From: Blastocystis sp. Blastoise
Lineage: Eukaryota; Protista; Bigyra: Opalinata
DNA: 64,000 bases
Direction: 5' to 3'
NCBI GenBank assembly: GCA_039096225.1
Contig: JBBPEB010000024.1
Location: 558,001-622,000, forward strand
The notes under the pieces were generated by a model. That model did no database searches. It saw only the letters and a program-made list of their open reading frames with translations, and had not been told where the DNA came from. The number at the start of each line of letters is the position of its first letter. The first letter of the stretch is position 1. Both the position numbers and the translations under genes were made by a program. Shown here one piece after another: positions 60,331 to 64,000 of this stretch.

Positions 60331-61861
60331 TTAAGCTCTTCCCCAAACTTTATATTCTTCTACTATAAAACTATTAGTAGAATTCTTATTATTAGTATTT
60401 ACAAATAATGAATGTGTTTGAGGAGTATTAATAGATATAAATAAACAAAACTTATTTCATGTATTAGCCTGACTTGTATAACTATTATTATATATTACTA
60501 TATCTTTATCTCTAAATATAGGATCAAAAACAAAATTATATATATATCTAACAAAACTATTATGTAGATATTGAGTAGGAGGAATATTATATTCATTACT
60601 TAATGTAAATAGAAATTTTTTAAAAGGAGATTTCTCATCTATAAAGAAAAATATAAAATAATATTATAAAATAGAGAATTATACTAACTGAATCAGCCCA
60701 ACTTTGATCTGTATATCCTCCAAATATATTCATATGATTATTATGACCTATATGCTTAATAAGAGTAACTGTTTCTCCTTGATTATCACAATATTTATGA
60801 AATTCACTTGCTTTATATTCATGTTCACTTGCTCTAAATAATAATTTCCATTTCTTTTCTTTACCAAGCCAATTCACTAAAGGAGTTTCAAAGCATTTCT
60901 TATTAATAATCTTTGAATCTGCGAATACAATTGGCTTTCCATTCATATCTACTTTAACAGCATCTTTTCCTTCATCTCCAAATAGACTATACATTTCATT
61001 CTCTAATACTTTGTTATTCATAATTTCATTATTTTTATCATCAATAAAAAGACATTCATTACGTGCAAAATAATTAATATAATCAGTATATTTATAATTC
61101 ATCTTCATAAACCATTCATTCTTATCCTCATCATAATCTACATATCCATCATCATATTCATTAATAATTTTAGTCCATAATCCATTCTTCTTTAAATAGC
61201 TAGTTATTATATCATCTTTCTTATCATTTACATAAAGAACAACATCATCATCTTCTTCATATTTCTTAATATTATAATCTCTTTGGTAATGAACTGTAGT
61301 TAATTCTTCGGGAATAGGTAAGCAACAGTATTCAAATAAATCTAATAATTCAAGTTGATCTTTAAAATCTAATTGATCAACATTAATTGGTTTATTCATT
61401 AAAGAATCAATTAATAAAGGAAAAAGTGTTTCATCACCATGATAATCAAAAAATATAGTACCATCAACACTTCTTTGATCTTCTTGAGAATATTCATACA
61501 GAAGACTACCTACTAAACTATTTGTTACTCTTTTAGGAAGAGAATAAACTGGACCATTACTTGTAAATCGAATATAATCAATTCCATTATCATTATTATT
61601 CATAGTAGCATCATATTCATGAACATATGAAGATTCTTGGATAATTACATGTGGATCATCGCCATTCTTATCATTCATTCCTTCACAATTTCTTGTTAAT
61701 CGATTCACTAATTCATTTATGGATTCACCTGAATGAATACAAAAACTTATTGACTTACTTAAAATACCAATCAAATCACCAATCAGTCTTTCAAAATGAA
61801 TTACATCCTTCTGAATATCACCTATCTTATTACCATCAAATTCTACCTTCTCTTTCACCAT
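60331..61861 (-). CDS. BTB-BTB-TLDc copy D; last exon divergent with in-frame TGA (possible pseudogene)
   Basis: N-terminal part close to copy A; lacks the LLFR intron; TGA at 60457-60459, then the frame continues to VWGRA-TAA. Confidence 0.75.
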
Positions 61862-62939
61862 TCTTAATAATAAAAGGAGTAAAAGAACATTGAAAGCCTT
61901 TTTGAATTAAAATTATGAAACTTTATTCTTTTATAGCGTAAAAATTAATAATAATCGCAACAATTTATAAAAGACCTTTCTTTCATAAATTCACGACTAT
62001 TTTTGATTTAATGACTTGAATCTTAAAACTAATCATGATTTTAATTTAATTAACATTCATTCTTTTCATTTCCTTATTATTCAATAAATTTGAATTTATA
62101 GTAAGAATTACTTTATTTTGTTACTTATAAATTGTTATGATCTACAAGAATAGCATTAAAATAAATCAAAATAAACACTTATTATCATTCTTCATTCCAT
62201 TAGTTGTGGTAATAAGTCTATTCTATATTGATTATTAATCATGATACTATGAGTGTTATTGATTCATATAGATGACTTCTGAATTCCTTTCTTTTATTTA
62301 CATTTTGGTTTTTCATCTTCTTTATAAAATCTGTTTGATCATCAATTTATATTCAGTATTACTCAAATAATTATAATTCATATGAATCACTTATCTAGGT
62401 TATGATAATGATGCTTTTTGATAATTATTCCAATTGATTCCTATATTTGTGTTTTTATATATTTAATATATATAAATTATGTTTATAATGAATTTCTCTA
62501 TTCATTAAATATGACTTTATTTCCTTGAATGTTAATATCCTTCACATTATTCGAAAATTCATTATCTTCTCTTTTTTTTATTTTTAAAGAAATTAATCAT
62601 GATATATAGTATACTGTTAGAATTATTATATGAATAAGTATATTATCTCTTTCAAAACAGTTATTATAATCTATTTTTTAGTGTACTATAAAAAAGTACA
62701 GAATAAACAAAATAAAACCATGAATTCATAACAAATAATAATAAGATATTATATTAAAAATAAAAAAATATTAAAAAACTAACATATATAATTAATAATG
62801 GCTACTATTCCATTATTGTCAAATCAAATAATACAATTAGATATATATAATTAATTGAAATTTAAATTGATATTTTTAAAAAAATAATGAATATAAATAT
62901 ATACTACAAATAGCAACATAAAAAAACATATAAAAAAAT

Positions 62940-64000
62940 TTAATATATTTTTTTGAATTTATACTTTACTTGATTTTCCTGAATAAATGAAGAGTTTTTT
63001 AATTGTTGCTCATATATATTTATTAATTCATCTGAAATATCATTACCTATACAAAACATTATCAATATGTATATATAGATATAATTGTATTCTATATACG
63101 GTTATAAATAATAAACTCCCTCAATTTTGGGATTTTTCCAGTAGCTATAAAGTCGATCAATTTTGATAGGTTTTCCTTATAATGAATATCTAGAAGAAAA
63201 AATAGTGAAGGTTTCTAGTATATAAATACTTATTTTAAAACTTTTTAAATATTGAGTTTTATTGTCATTTATGCAATCAAATAATGTTTCTATCTCATAT
63301 TTATTCATCACTTTATCTATATATATATAAATATAAATATGCTACGACAATAGTTATACTTTGAGAACCAACTAATGTATCTATAAATGAATTCTTATCA
63401 TATTTACATCGAAGAATAGAAGTATTATGATCATAAATATATTTAGTATAATTAATATCTATAGAATCATAAAATTAATGAATATGATAATATTATTTAT
63501 ATTAACTTACCCATTAATTGAATACTAGTTGATAATGGAAAGTTATTATGATTAATATACGTACATATCGTTTGAAAAAAATCTTTCAGCCAGTCTTTAT
63601 TCAAGTTACCTATGAATATATATATATATTTAATAAAAATAATTATTATATAACAAAGAAATCAAACATAAAGATTTATGATGTATAATATATTATTATT
63701 ACTATTAATATATACAAATATCGATAGATTTCAATTTAGGGAAATTATTTGTAGTATATAGTTCACAAAAGTTTTCATCTGGTATGTCATTAATGTCTAG
63801 AATAATATTTATAAAGAAAGAAATTGATATAGTATATCCTATAATTAAAGCATATATATACTTAAATATAATTCAGTTGCATTATGAAAACAACCTTTGA
63901 GAATTAATCGATTTATAGCAGTCATAGAACAATCTAATAAAAATAATAAATCCAATTAATTATTATTATTAAATATAAAAATTATATATATATATATAAT
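62940..64000 (-). CDS. Multi-exon BTB/POZ-LRR-like family 1, copy 4 (3' part)
   Basis: Exons LYTTNNFPKLKSI, YEIETLFDCIND, GKIPKLREF homologous to copies 1-3; TAA at 62940-62942. Confidence 0.8.

Overview
Extremely AT-rich, intron-dense eukaryotic DNA. The gene families suggest a stramenopile gut protist, possibly an AT-rich Blastocystis-like lineage (inference, not verified). Most short ORFs in the supplied track are artefacts of (AT)n and (ATT)n introns. Both flanks (1-24 kb, 51-64 kb) are duplicated arrays of two gene families: multi-exon BTB/POZ-LRR-like genes (about one repeat per phase-1 exon) and BTB-TLDc genes. These recur as co-oriented LRR-to-TLDc cassettes, including a roughly 15 kb inverted duplication centred on a 60 bp hairpin. 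The middle holds single-copy genes: a GT31 glycosyltransferase, a giant Ig/discoidin-like surface protein, NSUN2/Trm4, DPM3, RPS2, a UBL-LRR-coiled-coil protein and an SP-RING protein. The strongest unexplained signal is a GC-cored 12-mer, TTCCCGYGRTTA (11 exact and about 10 one-mismatch copies). It is scattered through exons in both orientations and several frames, and through introns, almost only within 28-48 kb. Other oddities are introns made purely of GT(AT)nAG, a probable GT-AC intron in RPS2, precise intron differences among paralogues and a gene-conversion tract.
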